Shown here in pieces: positions 29,124 to 41,073 of a DNA stretch of 64,000 bases. The notes beneath the pieces are model-generated. The model ran no database searches and was not told the origin of the DNA. It saw only the letters and a list, made by a program, of their open reading frames with translations. Origin of the DNA: the human T2T-CHM13v2.0 reference genome, Homo sapiens; the NCBI RefSeq assembly GCF_009914755.1, contig NC_060925.1; one strand, given 5' to 3'. Position numbers and translations under genes: made by a program. Position 1 is the stretch's first letter, and the number at the start of each line of letters is the position of its first letter.

Positions 29124-29371
29124 CATTCAGTGCATGTACCATTTAGTACCATGTACTGAAGGGTACAATGCAGGGTGTAGGTTTTGTATCCTGGCTGGCC
29201 TTTTTGCACCCTGGCTGGCCATGTACTAAATAGTACATGCACTGAGTGAGACAATGCAGTATGTCAGTTTTGTATCCTGGCTGGCCTTTTTGTATTCTGG
29301 CTGGCCATGTACTAAATAGTACATGCACTGAATGGGACAATGCAGTATGTAGGTTTTGTATCCTGGCTGGC
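29124..29371. repeat. 86-87 bp tandem repeat, ~2.8 copies, with internal palindrome and 20-bp sub-repeat
   Basis: CATGTAC unit starts at 29133, 29220 and 29306. Confidence 0.95.
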
Positions 29372-29535
29372 CTGGTTTGCAATCTTTGATCAATTGTGTA
29401 CTTCAACACTTTTATCTATCTCACTTTCTCATTTGTAAAATGAGGGTAAGTAATTCCTGTTTCAGAAGAGGTACATGGAAAACATATGTAACAGAAAAGT
29501 ACTGTCATTTTTACTTAGCACCTAGTAAATGTTTG
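29372..29535 (+). mobile_element. MIR fragment
   Basis: MIR core 'ctcactttctcatttgtaaaatgagggtaa'. Confidence 0.65.
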
Positions 29536-29642
29536 TACTGGATTTTCCCCTTCATAAAAAATTAATTCTCACAAAATAAAATTATAATTAATAACTATTA
29601 TGAAGATTCATTGAATAATATTTCCTCTGTTTTATATTTTAG

Positions 29643-29820
29643 TAGATCAATAAACCAAACTCCCTGTCACCTCAGACTCTGCACCTGTTAAAGCCCTGTA
29701 AAGAGCCGACATGTAAGGACTTATACTGACTGGATACAGAGAATATGGAGCAAATCAAACGTATTTAAATAGTAAATTATCATATTGTTATAAATAAAAA
29801 TTTACATTGCATTTCCTTTT
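29643..29820 (+). other. Candidate terminal exon of an unidentified transcript
   Basis: Pyrimidine tract 'tttcctctgtttttatattttAG' (AG 29641-2, NAGNAG), non-repeat GC-richer body, AATAAA at 29793-29798. Confidence 0.35.
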
Positions 29821-30125
29821 AGAATGTTACTTGGATATATATTCTTCAACATTTACAAATGCTGATGCTTCATGTACTTAAAAACGGAATAATTTTTTTA
29901 TTTGAATTTCAATCTCTTGAGTTTGAGCGTGAAGACTTTAATATTAATTAGTCAGAGATTAAGCTGAATATGTCTTAAGTCTCAGTGTTCTATCTTTCTA
30001 ACCATGTCAGGCATGGTCTTGTGATCATTACACAGAAAATCTCTTTAGGCAGAAAAGCCAAGTGGAATTCAATAAGAGAAACTATGGCAACAAACACAAT
30101 AAAAATTTTTATTCTCTTTGCTTAG

Positions 30126-30155
30126 GATGTTCAGTGAAGGCTCAGATCAATGAGT
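30126..30155 (+). other. Candidate 30-nt micro-exon
   Basis: Acceptor 'ttttattctctttgcttag|G' and donor 'GT|GTAAGT' 30 nt apart. Confidence 0.3.
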
Positions 30156-31031
30156 GTAAGTAATATTGGGTTTGAAGTACTTGGTTCACAAAGATCTACA
30201 AAAAATTGACTTATTTGAAGTTAAACGAGATAGGATAGATGCAAGAAGACAAGTGAAAAGAGATATTTTAATTTCATTCACTGTCACTTAAAAGTAGAAC
30301 GATTTGCATGTGTTCTTGTGGTTGATATATATAAAAAAATAATTATACATCACATGGAACCAGGTAAAAATTAAATACGGATACAGGTTAGATTCTCAAC
30401 ATTTATTTAGTGACATAGCTACAGAGGGTGAAATGTGAGGTAAAACAAAATACAGCTTGCTATCAGGTTCCAAAGGAAATGAATACTTACTCATATCCAG
30501 AGTGATTATGGAAGACTTTGCAGAGGACATTGAATTTGTTTGATAGCGAAGAATAGCTACTCTTTTAAGAAATAGTTGGAGGGGGAAAAAGAAGGCTCTT
30601 CCTGATTATATTTTCAAAGAAAGGTCCATTTACCTGTTAGTCTCTTCTAGAACTTATTTTACAACGTAGTTTGAAAAGCATACACACAGGCGCGCACGCA
30701 CACACACACACACACCTGTAATATGGGATCGTTTTAAGAGTTAAATGAGAAAAGAATATAAAACTTTTAGTGCTGCATTTTGGCACATGGGTAGCAATAT
30801 ATAAATCTGAGTTCATGCTATTATTTTTTGTTATTATATCAGAAGAAAACATCTTTCTGTGTTTTCCAATCAATATTTGGAATGTTTCCTTAATGTTCAG
30901 AAGTTTATTTGGTTAGTAATATTCCATGCTAAAAGTATAAAGCAGGCATCGTATAATGGAAGCAGAGATCTAGAAGACAATTCCAAATCCTCTGTGAAAC
31001 AGCTGATTAAAATTAGGATTGAAAGACATGA

Positions 31032-31034
<3 letters not shown>

Positions 31035-31070
<36 letters not shown>

Positions 31071-31112
31071 TGTGTCTGTGTCTGTGTGTGTATATATATA
31101 TATAGAGAGAGA
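31035..31112. repeat. Compound microsatellite (TG)n(TCTGTG)n(TA)n(GA)n
   Basis: Directly visible. Confidence 0.95.
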
Positions 31113-31484
31113 AGAGACATATACAATGATAACCAAATTTTAAATTATGAAAAGCTAAACATAACGATACTAGTTTCTTCATCCCTTCCTTCAAAAAAAT
31201 AAATTGTAGGTCCTATTATTATGCAAATTAAGCACCTTAATCTAAAAAAAATTTCTTAGTTATTTTATTAAGTTATAAGGTACAAGAATATCCAAAGAAT
31301 ATAATAAAATATGGGTAGTACTTTTAAAGCCTAGTTTTTTTGAAAAGTGAAATTCTTTCTATTTTAGTGGAAACATCTAGGCAACTGCACTTGATCTACT
31401 GAAATAAGTCAAAGTCTCATGATAAATGAATTATTTTTTAGACCTTAGAAGGTGTTTATGACTATTTTCTTGGGACCTAAATTT

Positions 31485-31558
31485 TTAAGGCAAGATGTAT
31501 TTGTCCTCATTGTATCTAGAATTAAGCATAGAACTTAGTAGGTGTTCAATAAATGTGG
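31485..31558 (+). mobile_element. L2 3' end
   Basis: 'tagtaggtgttcaataaatgt'. Confidence 0.6.
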
Positions 31559-32437
31559 GAACAAAATTAAGGTGTGAAGAAAATAATACTTCAAAACGTT
31601 AACCTTATAGATTTTCACTTCTGTAGTGCAAGTCACATTTCTAGCAACCATTTTTTTATATTATGACCCTATAAAGAGACAGGAGGGCAAACAGTATCAC
31701 ACAAAAAAATTGAGATCATATAGGCAGTATTTTCCAGACAGTTAAAGAAAGACTTTCTGATTGAGGAAGAAGTTGTAGGAAGAAAAGCTGGTTTTAAAAG
31801 TGAAAATGATCCAACTCTCATTTGACATGCCTCTGTATCTACTCTTCAAATCCTGAAGGGTGATGGAAGAGAAAGGACAGAAGTAGAGAGTAGAACATAT
31901 TTTGTCTGGCTTTCCACTTGATAAATTTTGACAAATAATTTTTTTTAATTTAGATTTTGTGGTTCTAAATTCAATAGAATTACTTGGTCATTTGTTTTAT
32001 AAAAAAGAAATTTCTAGTTTCTATTCTTACCATACTAGATCAGAAGATCTTATCTTTACTAGATCTGTAGATGATTCTGGTGCACTGTCTGTGATTGGGA
32101 ACAAATGGTCAAATAAGACAGCAAATGATGTGTAAAAGGATCACTCTCTTGGAATCTTTGCTGATCACTGTCAGTGAAATAGACTATGAGCAAGGATATC
32201 AGAAGCCATCATACTTCTAAACATGTTTACGTTGTTTTTTCTAAAAAATAAGAGAACTTGAATATTTAAAATAATTAATGTAACAATTGACAAATGCAAC
32301 TTTAGTACTTATAACTTTATATTAGAATCTACTCTAAGTGAAATATATATTTGATACCTTACAAATGTATTACACAGTGTATATATCAATCTTTAGTTTA
32401 AGCTGTGTTCTGAAAGCCATTTGTGTAAAACAGATGT

Positions 32438-32653
32438 ATTTTTGATGAAATAACTCTATGGCCAAAGATTTTGGGGAAATACCACAGACCCAATCCACCA
32501 TCTGGATAGTCCTATTGCAAATGAACATAACACCGTCTCTGTGATTTTTGATGAAATAATTCTACGGCCAAAGATTTTGGGGAAATACCACAGACCCAAT
32601 CCACCATCTGGATAGTCCTATTGCAAATGAACATAACACCGTCTCTGTGATTT
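32438..32653. repeat. 106-bp tandem duplication
   Basis: 32438-32543 and 32544-32649 differ at 2 positions. Confidence 0.97.
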
Positions 32654-34074
32654 CCTTCAGTTAACATAATAAACAAAAACTTTAAAAATATGTATGAATT
32701 TCTTTTTTATCTTCATGCCAATAAAATTTTATTTTAAGTAAACTCAGATTTTGCCCACAACACAATTTTAGATACATTAGCTTAGAACAATCATTTTCAA
32801 ACCATGTTCAAAAGAACATTAGGACTCTATGAGACATTTCTTTGGTTTTCAGGGAAGAAAGTATGATCACTCTCTTCATGTTTAATTTATATCTGATCTG
32901 TCACCTTAGCCTATGTCTCACTCAATACCACCACAAAAGTTGAAGTTCTGAAGCATAAAAAATTTCCCGCAGGGTTTCCAAATTCCAAGTTTAAGAAGCA
33001 CTGGTGCAGATGATGAAAGCTAGAAATCCGAGTGCTAATTTCAGCTCTGCCACCGACTGTGCAATCTGCAATAACTAACTTATATTCCTTGTGATTTTGT
33101 ATATTTATAAGTAAGCCAAGAAAAGGACTCTTATTCCACTATCTGCAGATAAAGCTTATTGACATGTACTGAGTAAATGATTATGTATGTTAAAGAAATG
33201 TTACATTTAAAATAAATGATTGTGAAACACTTCATAAAGGAAAATTATTATAGATATACATATTAGGTCATTATATAGAAAGGGAGAAATGAGCATGGAA
33301 ACATTTTTGTGATAAGAGAAAACAAGTAAAAATCTGAGATGCTCATATATTTCATAGTTATAGAAAAAATATGTATGGGCAACTTTATTTAATGCTTGCC
33401 TAAGTAAAACATTAAATGACTTTTTAAAGAGTCATTTATTTACATAGCTTTTAGATAAAGTATATTTGGCCTTCTAATGGAAAATAATAAAGCTAAAGGT
33501 AATCATATGCTACGTTTACATAATATATTTATTCTGCTGTGCTGGAAGTATTTTCACAAAACTGATATTATTCATCTTTTGATGACATTCTTGTGTGTTA
33601 TACAAGTACATGTAACAGTAATAGATGTAAAACATAGACAAGGGAGCGGGGCAGATAATCAAAAGAGAAGAAAGGTATTTATCAATACAAAAAAAGGACT
33701 AACTTCCAGTTATCTTAGTTTGGAAACACAGTAAACAAAATGCACAGAAATTATTTTACAAATTTAAGATGGCAGATATTTTTATTATTTTTTCAATCAC
33801 TTATTTGAACTGTGTGTTTATTTTTTGTTTATGTACCTCTTGCCCTATAATAAATATATATTTTTTCCATTAATACATTGCTTTTGTAGTCAGCATTTTA
33901 TGTGTTTATAATTATGTATAGATTTCATACTACAGTCATTGATATTTGGGCTTCTCAAGTCTTTATAAGTTAATCAAATTCATTAATTCTGATCATGATA
34001 GATATCCTAAGTTTATACTGTGAACATCTCTCTGATCTGTAAGCATACAGCAAAAATAAACAAAATAATAAGAT

Positions 34075-34125
34075 GTTCACATTCAAAACCAGGCAAAGGT
34101 TCACATTCAAAACCAGGCAAAGGTT
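34075..34125. repeat. Perfect 24-bp tandem duplication
   Basis: GTTCACATTCAAAACCAGGCAAAG x2, followed by GTT. Confidence 0.97.
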
Positions 34126-34169
34126 TTTTATGGAACATTGCAGAATAGAAAAATATAATAGCAGCAGGC

Positions 34170-34610
34170 ACTGGTGCTTCAAACTTTCTAGACTCCAGAT
34201 GTGTCTAGTATACAGTCACATATCCTTTGAGAAGCAAAGTACCTGAGCCAGATTCACTGACTGACATCAGAAAATTTTATGTGGTTCTAATGCCATAAAA
34301 AATAATTTGATAAAAACTGGTGAAACACTCAGGAGGTAAGTTTTAATAAAGCTTCATACTCAGAGAATGTGGATCAGTGTTTTTCAAACTACAAGTTGAA
34401 ACCTTTATTGGATTTGAAATCAATCTAGACTGGCATAACAAGTATTTTTTATAAAAAAAATTAAAATAAAGAATATTACAGTGCATCACATGCAAACCTG
34501 CACATGTTTTGCTTCATAAAGGTTTCTTTTCCTAATACGTACATATGCACATTAAGAAATGAAAAAAAATTGATTTTTTTCTGTTGCTATACATCAAATA
34601 GTTTGAAAGG
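34170..34610. mobile_element. Two degenerate hAT-Charlie MITEs (MER5-like ~34170-34320; Charlie4z-like ~34376-34610)
   Basis: TIR-like 'cagtgtttttcaaact...agtttgaaa' and 'gtgcttcaaactt...tttgataaaaactg'. Confidence 0.5.
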
Positions 34611-34839
34611 AAGTAAACAAAAGTAAGTAGAAAACATTTGTAGGAAATCCAGAAAATACAACTTCCTCTTAGTAGGGGTATCTATGAGATCAACATTATC
34701 ACTGTAGGATAAGAATTATAGTTGCGTCATATATCTGTTTCTGGACTGGGAGCCAGCGGAGCCTCAAGGACAGAATATTTACCATGAGAGTAGCATGGGG
34801 GAGTGTAGAGAACAAGAAACGAACAAAAATAACAAAAGC

Positions 34840-36340
34840 AACACAAGCTCCCACTGAACATTAAACTATAAATTAAAATTACAATTGTAAGAGAAAAGCC
34901 AAAACTAAGAAAGATAACAAGAAAAAACTGTAACTAAGATGTAAACTGATTTCGATCTAATAAAAACAGTAGAAGAAGATAAGGATGACCTTAAAATAAA
35001 GATGTTGTAGAAGAATGGTGCGCTGGGAACATGGCAACCCAAACACAGTTCCCAGTTCTAATCTGAACTCCAAGCTAACAGTCTTTATGAGCCAAGTAGC
35101 ATATAGACAATAGGCATGTAAGTTCAAGAGAGGTGCTATCCTCTAATGGGTTTCCAATAGAGGAATATAAGGAAGGTTTTCTTCTCCAGTTTTTCCCCTT
35201 TAGCCTTCCTATCCTCTTATTCCCTACCTAACTCTACCACCCCCAACCCCTCCGAGGGAGACTGCAACCCAGCTTAGTGAGGTATGAGCCTGGGAGAAGA
35301 TCAGAAAGTATCAAGTCCTTGAAGATGTGGTATCCAGAGATGTTTGGAGCTCTGGAATAATATGTGAATGAGCTTCACATCTCCTTAGCCTTCTAAAGTC
35401 TAAGAAATAGCTAGAAGGATACATTGAGTCTACCCTGCTACTGAAGTTTGAAAAATACAAAACAATTTTGGAACACAGATGCTTGTTTCAAGGGCCAGGC
35501 ACTATGTCCCAGTCTATGACAGCAGATATTGCTTTGTTTTTCATCATTTAATAACAAATCTTGACCCAAAAAGCAGAAAGCTCTGCAATCATAGAGGAGA
35601 GCAAAGAGGAAATAGAGAGACAGAGAGAGAGAGAGAGAGATTGGAAATTGTGAAATAAAGCTGCAGAGAGATAGAAATGACATTGTGAACAAACAATAAT
35701 AATATGTGCATTTTCTGGTATTCAGGAGAAAAATTCACAAAAATAATTATGGAGGAATTAAAGGAAGAAAACAATTGCTATTGATACTCAGTTTTGTAAC
35801 TTATAAAATCTCTGGTGAGTGAGAATCATTTTGAAATACAGGATAACATATAAATATAAGAGAATCAAAAGGCAAAATATAATAGATTTTGAAGAGTGAT
35901 CAGGAGACCCATTGTATAAACAACAGCTATTCCAGGGAGAAATGAAACAGAAGGAAAGAGGTAATATTTTAACCATAATAGAAAATATCTTCTTGACTTG
36001 GAGACAAAGTGTGCAGAGGGAAAAAATAACTAATTTATCAGCTGTTAAAAGACATAAAACTAATGCCTACCCTTGTGTACTCACACATTGGTGAATTATT
36101 GAACTCTTCTGGCAAACAAAAAATTCTTATATGTTTCCAGGCAGAAAGAACAAGTTATCTTTCAGATTATAATCAAATTGGTATTGGACTTTTCATCTGT
36201 GCCACTGGAAGCTAGAAGATGGTGGAATACTTTCGGCAGAACACTAAACTTAACAGCAACACAAGAACCATACTCAGTCAAGAATTAATTCCTTGCTAAG
36301 AATAAGGAAAAATATTTGGGGTTATTTAAGAGTTTAGAGA
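34840..36340 (+). mobile_element. HAL1/L1M ORF1-like remnant, interrupted
   Basis: 'aatcaaattggtattggacttttcatctgtgccactggaagctagaagatggtggaat' resembles an L1 ORF1 C-terminal region. Confidence 0.55.
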
Positions 36341-36364
36341 GTAGATTATCAGTTATTTATCACT

Positions 36365-37140
36365 ATGACAATCACTCGGGTGCCTACATAAAAGTCATTC
36401 ACACCCCATTCTTATTTTCCTGCCTGAAACTTAGAGGCTATAAAAGCTAAGAACTCAATTCGTCAATTTATCTAGTAGGTAATGATGTCCATATTACATG
36501 GTTCTAACAAATAAGATTTAGCAGAAATATGCTGGTGCTGTTTATTAAAAGCTATTTATTCTTTCTCTTGTTCCAGGCTTAGAATATAAACTGACACCTT
36601 GAAGAAGTGACCATCTTGTAATCAACACTTTATTCTAAGGATAACAGAGATAAATGATATAAGGATCTCTGTTTCTTAATGGCATTGTTGAGCCCTAAAC
36701 TTTCTACTGCTAGATATTTTATCGCATGAAATAAATAAGCCTTAGTTGCTTAAAATATTTTTCAGGGATTTCTATTTTGGTAGGCAAGTATATTGTTAAC
36801 TTATACAATGCACAGTTGTATAAGTTATGTGGACATGGAATTATGCACAAAACAGAATCTAAATGGTGGAATTGGAAATGCAATAGGTAGGGTATATCAG
36901 GAAATGAGAATCCCGCCACTATAGGCTAGAACGTTGATGAGTCTTGTTTTGTAGTAGTGGGGCATGTATTCCATTTGACATATGCTGTGTCTTGGGATGC
37001 AAATCACATACCTTGTGAGGTAAGTAGTGGGATGATTTCAGAATGTTGGAATGTTCTGGTTACTCAAGGGAATGATCATCTGACATAGTAGTGCCTTTAG
37101 ACTGTGGAAAGCCAAGGCATAGAATAATAGAGGGCCACAA
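36365..37140 (+). mobile_element. Ancient ERVL-type LTR (LTR33-like) plus probable internal start
   Basis: 'aaaagctaagaactc', 'ccatattacatggttctaacaaataagatttagcagaa', 'ccatcttgtaatca'. Confidence 0.45.
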
Positions 37141-37809
37141 AAGTAAGTTTTTCTTAAAAATTTAGTTTCCATGTAAGTGGTTGTTTCATTGGCACTTAAT
37201 ACATCATTAAATAACAAACAACTACAGTTAGATAACAGAAAATATTACATTATTATACCATACTCATAAGAATGGGATATTTTACCCAGTATCAAACATT
37301 ACTAAAAATTTAACAATTTCATTTTTATCACCAAACACCTATAAAAAAAGCCAAATACCTTTCAACTGCTTATTAGATAAACTGTTATATACCTATAAGA
37401 TATAATACTATTCAATGATAAAAAGGAAAAAATACAGATGCATGAAACAAAATGGATGAATGTTCATAACATTGTGATAAATGAAAGGAGACAAACTCAA
37501 AAGATTACATACTTTATGATTCTCGTAAAATGACATCCTGAACAAGACAAAACTTTAGGGAAAGGAAAGAAATCAATACTTAGAAAGGGCTGGAGGTTAG
37601 AAAGGGTATTGGCTACACAGTAGCAGCACAAGGAAACTTTTTGATTTAGTAGCTGTTATGGATTTAATTATGCCTCTTTTACCAAAAATAATCATATGTT
37701 GAAGTCTTAATACTCAGTACTTAGAATGTGACCTTATTTGAAGATAGGGTCTTTCACTTATAGAAGTAATCAAGTTAAAACAAGATCATTAAGGTGGGCT
37801 CTAATACAA

Positions 37810-38174
37810 TGTCTTAGTCTGTTCTCACATTACTAATAAAGACATACCCAAGACTGGGTAATTTATAAATGAAAGAGGTTTAATTGACTCATAGTTCCAC
37901 ATGGCTGGGGAGCCCTCACAATCATTGCAGAAAGGTGAATGAGGACCACAGTCACATCCTACAGGGTGGCAGACAAGAGAGCATGTGCAGAGGAGCTCCC
38001 CTTTATAAAACCATCAGATCTCTTGAGACTTATTAACTGTCACAAGAACAGCATGGGAAAGATCCACCCCCATGATCCATTTACCTCCTATCAGGTCCCT
38101 CCCATGACATGTGGGAATTATGGGAGCTACAATTCAAGATGAAATTTGGGTGGAAAAACAGCCAAACCATATTA
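37810..38174 (-). mobile_element. THE1B-like solo LTR
   Basis: 'ctaataaagacatacccaagactgggtaatttata...cagccaaaccatat'; ACAA(T) on both flanks. Confidence 0.93.
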
Positions 38175-38401
38175 ACAATATAACTGTAGATCTAATCTGA
38201 TAAAAGGGGAAATTTGCTCAGTGGGATATGCAGAGAGGGAAGACAAGATAAACAGACATAGGGAGAAGATGACCAGATGCAAGCCAGCAAGAGAGGCCTG
38301 GAACAGATTATTCCTCAGGCCTCAAAAGGAATCAATCCTGCTGTCACTTTGATGTTGAACTTCTATTTCCAAAAGCCATGAGACAATACATTTTTGTTTT
38401 A

Positions 38402-38422
38402 TTAGGGTTAGGGTTAGGGTTA
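38402..38422 (+). repeat. Short interstitial telomeric repeat (TTAGGG)3TTA
   Basis: Three perfect TTAGGG units. Confidence 0.85.
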
Positions 38423-38985
38423 ACCACCCAATGTGTGGTTCTTGGTTAGGGTAGTCCTAGCAAATTAATACAATGGAACTGTTTCATACTTTGATTGTGG
38501 TAATTATATGATTGTATGCATTTGACAAAATTTACATAATTGTACACAAAAGTGTGCATTTACCATGTTTGGTTAAAACATGAATGAAAAACACAGTTTA
38601 TGAAAAAATATTTATGTTGTCTCAAAAATATGACATTGCAATATAAAAGAGATGGGAGATTTAACACAAATACTTCACAATGAAGATATACAGATGGTCA
38701 GCAAGCACATGAAGAGATGGTCAACATCACTAGTCATCAAAGAGATTCCAAGTAAAACCACAGGAAGATATCATTGCATATTCATTATAATGGCTAAAAT
38801 TAAAAAGTTTCACAATACTGAAGTATCGATGAGGATGTTGAGTAACTGAACTTCCTCTCAACTTTGTGGCTCTTGGGAATGTAAATTGGTATAACAAATT
38901 TGCAAAAGTTTGACAATTTCTTGAAATCTTTAACATGTGATTACCATAAAATATGAGAAATACACTATTACTTACCAAAGAGAAT

Positions 38986-39331
38986 TGTATTAGTTAGCTT
39001 TGTTTTCTATAACAAAATACCACAAACTAGGTGATTTATCAACAACAGAAACTTACTTCTCACAGTTCTGGAGGCTGGAAGTCCTAGATCAGGGTGCCAG
39101 CAGTTAGAGTTCTAATGAGGTTCCTCTTCCAGGTTACAAACTGCTGACTTCTTATTGTGTCCTCATATGGCAGAAGGGGTGAGGGAATTCTCTAGGGTCC
39201 CTTTTATAACAGTACTAATACCATCCAGGATTAGTCACCTCTCAAAGACCTCACCTCCAAATACCCATCACATTTGGGATTAGGTTTCAACATATGAATT
39301 TTGAGGGGACATGAACATTTAGTCTACAACA
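38986..39331 (-). mobile_element. MLT1A0-like solo LTR
   Basis: 'ataacaaaataccacaaactaggtg', 'ctcacagttctggaggctggaagtcc', 'tatgaattttgagggga'. Confidence 0.88.
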
Positions 39332-40169
39332 AGCATGAAAACTTCACACCACACAAAACCAACATAGAATTTTCATCATGACTTTGTTCATAATAGCCCC
39401 AAAGTAGAAATAATATACAAACGTCCATTAAAAGGAGAGTGAATAAACAAGTGTGATATATCACACAACAAAGTACTACTTCACATTAAAAAGTGAGGAA
39501 CTGCAGATATATGTGATAACACGGATGCATCTCAAACCATATGCTAAGTGAAAGAAGCCAAACGCAATAGAGAATATGTGATATTATTTCAGATGTATAT
39601 GTAATCCAATATGATATATATGTAATCCAATAACAGATCAGAAGGACAACATAAAGCAAATATATATTGACATAAAGCAGAAGTGATTGTCTGGTGCTGG
39701 CTGTTGGGGTTATTGAGAAGGAAAACTTTTAGAGTGGTGGAAATATTGTATATCTTCTTTGTAGTGTTAGGTGTACAGGTGTATACATGTATACATTTGT
39801 TAATTTCACATTTAATATGAGTGTGTTTTATAGCATATAAATTATACCTTACTGAGTTTTATAAAACATTTATTTACATAAAATGTTCTTTCTTCCATCA
39901 AATTCAAATTTGTCAGTTTTATAATTGTAATGGAAATTAATATGTTTCCATCATATAGTAAAATATATAATAATACAATGCATAATAGTTTGTAAAGGGG
40001 AAGTATATGCCAGGATCATCCACATAGGATATTGTCACATGCTAATTAATAAGCTTGTTCTAGGTTTCAGATTACTTTTCACAGGCAATTTCTGTAAGCA
40101 GCAGTATTGACGTTAAGTCAGACTTAACGTTAGACAAAAGTCTATTCAAAGCTTACCTCTAGTACATAC

Positions 40170-40320
40170 CATGTTGGCGGGTTTGGGGAAATTGCCTAAC
40201 CTTTCTAAACCTATAAATTCATTGTTCTTCATTTGGGTTATTTTATGAAATATTAAATAATATATGGGGCATTTTCTCACAATGACTGGCACATTAGTGC
40301 TAAATAAATACATACTGTAT
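40170..40320 (+). mobile_element. MIR fragment
   Basis: 'ttggggaaattgcctaacctttctaaacct'; 'ctggcacattagtgctaaataaat'. Confidence 0.6.
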
Positions 40321-40609
40321 ATATAAATAAATGAATAAATAAAAGAAAAAATGAACGGTAAATTGCTCTGATTGCCCCAGTATTTACTTAGCTGGTAGCC
40401 TGTGTTAGGTGAATAATACAGGAGGATGAATGACTCCATGACTATAGGAAGACATGATACTCAGTGGCAGAGGGCACAGGAGTTATCACATGCATGACTT
40501 TAAACATATAGATAAAGTCAGGCATAAAAACCCTTGTCATGCATTGATGGATACAATTTTATCTCTTGAACTATGAGCTTGAATATTTTTATTTATTACA
40601 TCTTAACTG

Positions 40610-41073
40610 TGTGAGAAAACATTTTAAATGGTCCATCTTCAAGGCATGATAAATCTGAGCACTGGCAGCCAGCCAGCCTGCAGATGTAACAAACCACAGG
40701 GCTCATGCTCCTATAAAGTCATGATAAGCGAAAAGAATGTAGAGGAGGGGTCAGCCCATAAGAGGGAAGAAAGCTCCATTATTGGGAAATCGAAACTTAA
40801 GCGGAGAAGGAGACAGGATATAACCTTGTGAGGGGGATAATGAAACTTAGGAAATGTCTGGGAAGATTGTAACCCCATAGTATTTGACCAGTGACGAACT
40901 GGGAGAGGGAATCGCATGCTAGGAGATAAATTACCTGCTGTAACTGCCCCAGGTGTGCCTGCCTACTAGACACCCGATCTTGCAAGACCACCATTAAAAG
41001 TCTTGCTTCCACTGTTCTTTGTGTCTCCCAGTCCATTCTTTGGGTTTGGATGGGTGAATGTGTGTTTCTCACA
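40610..41073 (+). mobile_element. Well-preserved solo LTR (LTR32-like; family tentative)
   Basis: 9-bp terminal inverted repeat TGTGAGAAA/TTTCTCACA; ACTG on both flanks; ATTAAA near the 3' end. Confidence 0.8.

Larger units (their letters stand above)
37654..38472 (+). mobile_element. MLT1B-like LTR interrupted by THE1
   Basis: 'cagtacttagaatgtgaccttatttgaagatagggtcttt'; 'gagaggcctggaacagatt'; ends TACA. Confidence 0.88.
37240..39860 (+). mobile_element. Old L1M 3' fragments hosting MLT1B, THE1 and MLT1A0
   Basis: 'gaagatatacagatggtcagcaagcacatgaagagatggtcaacatcactagtcatcaaaga'; 'atgctaagtgaaagaagcca'. Confidence 0.75.

Noticed and set aside
29124-29371. CRISPR-like palindromic repeats
   Set aside because: The intervening sequences are copies of each other, not unique spacers; eukaryotic context and no cas genes.
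32785-33005. Possible hAT MITE with TIR-like ends
   Set aside because: Too degenerate to assign by eye.
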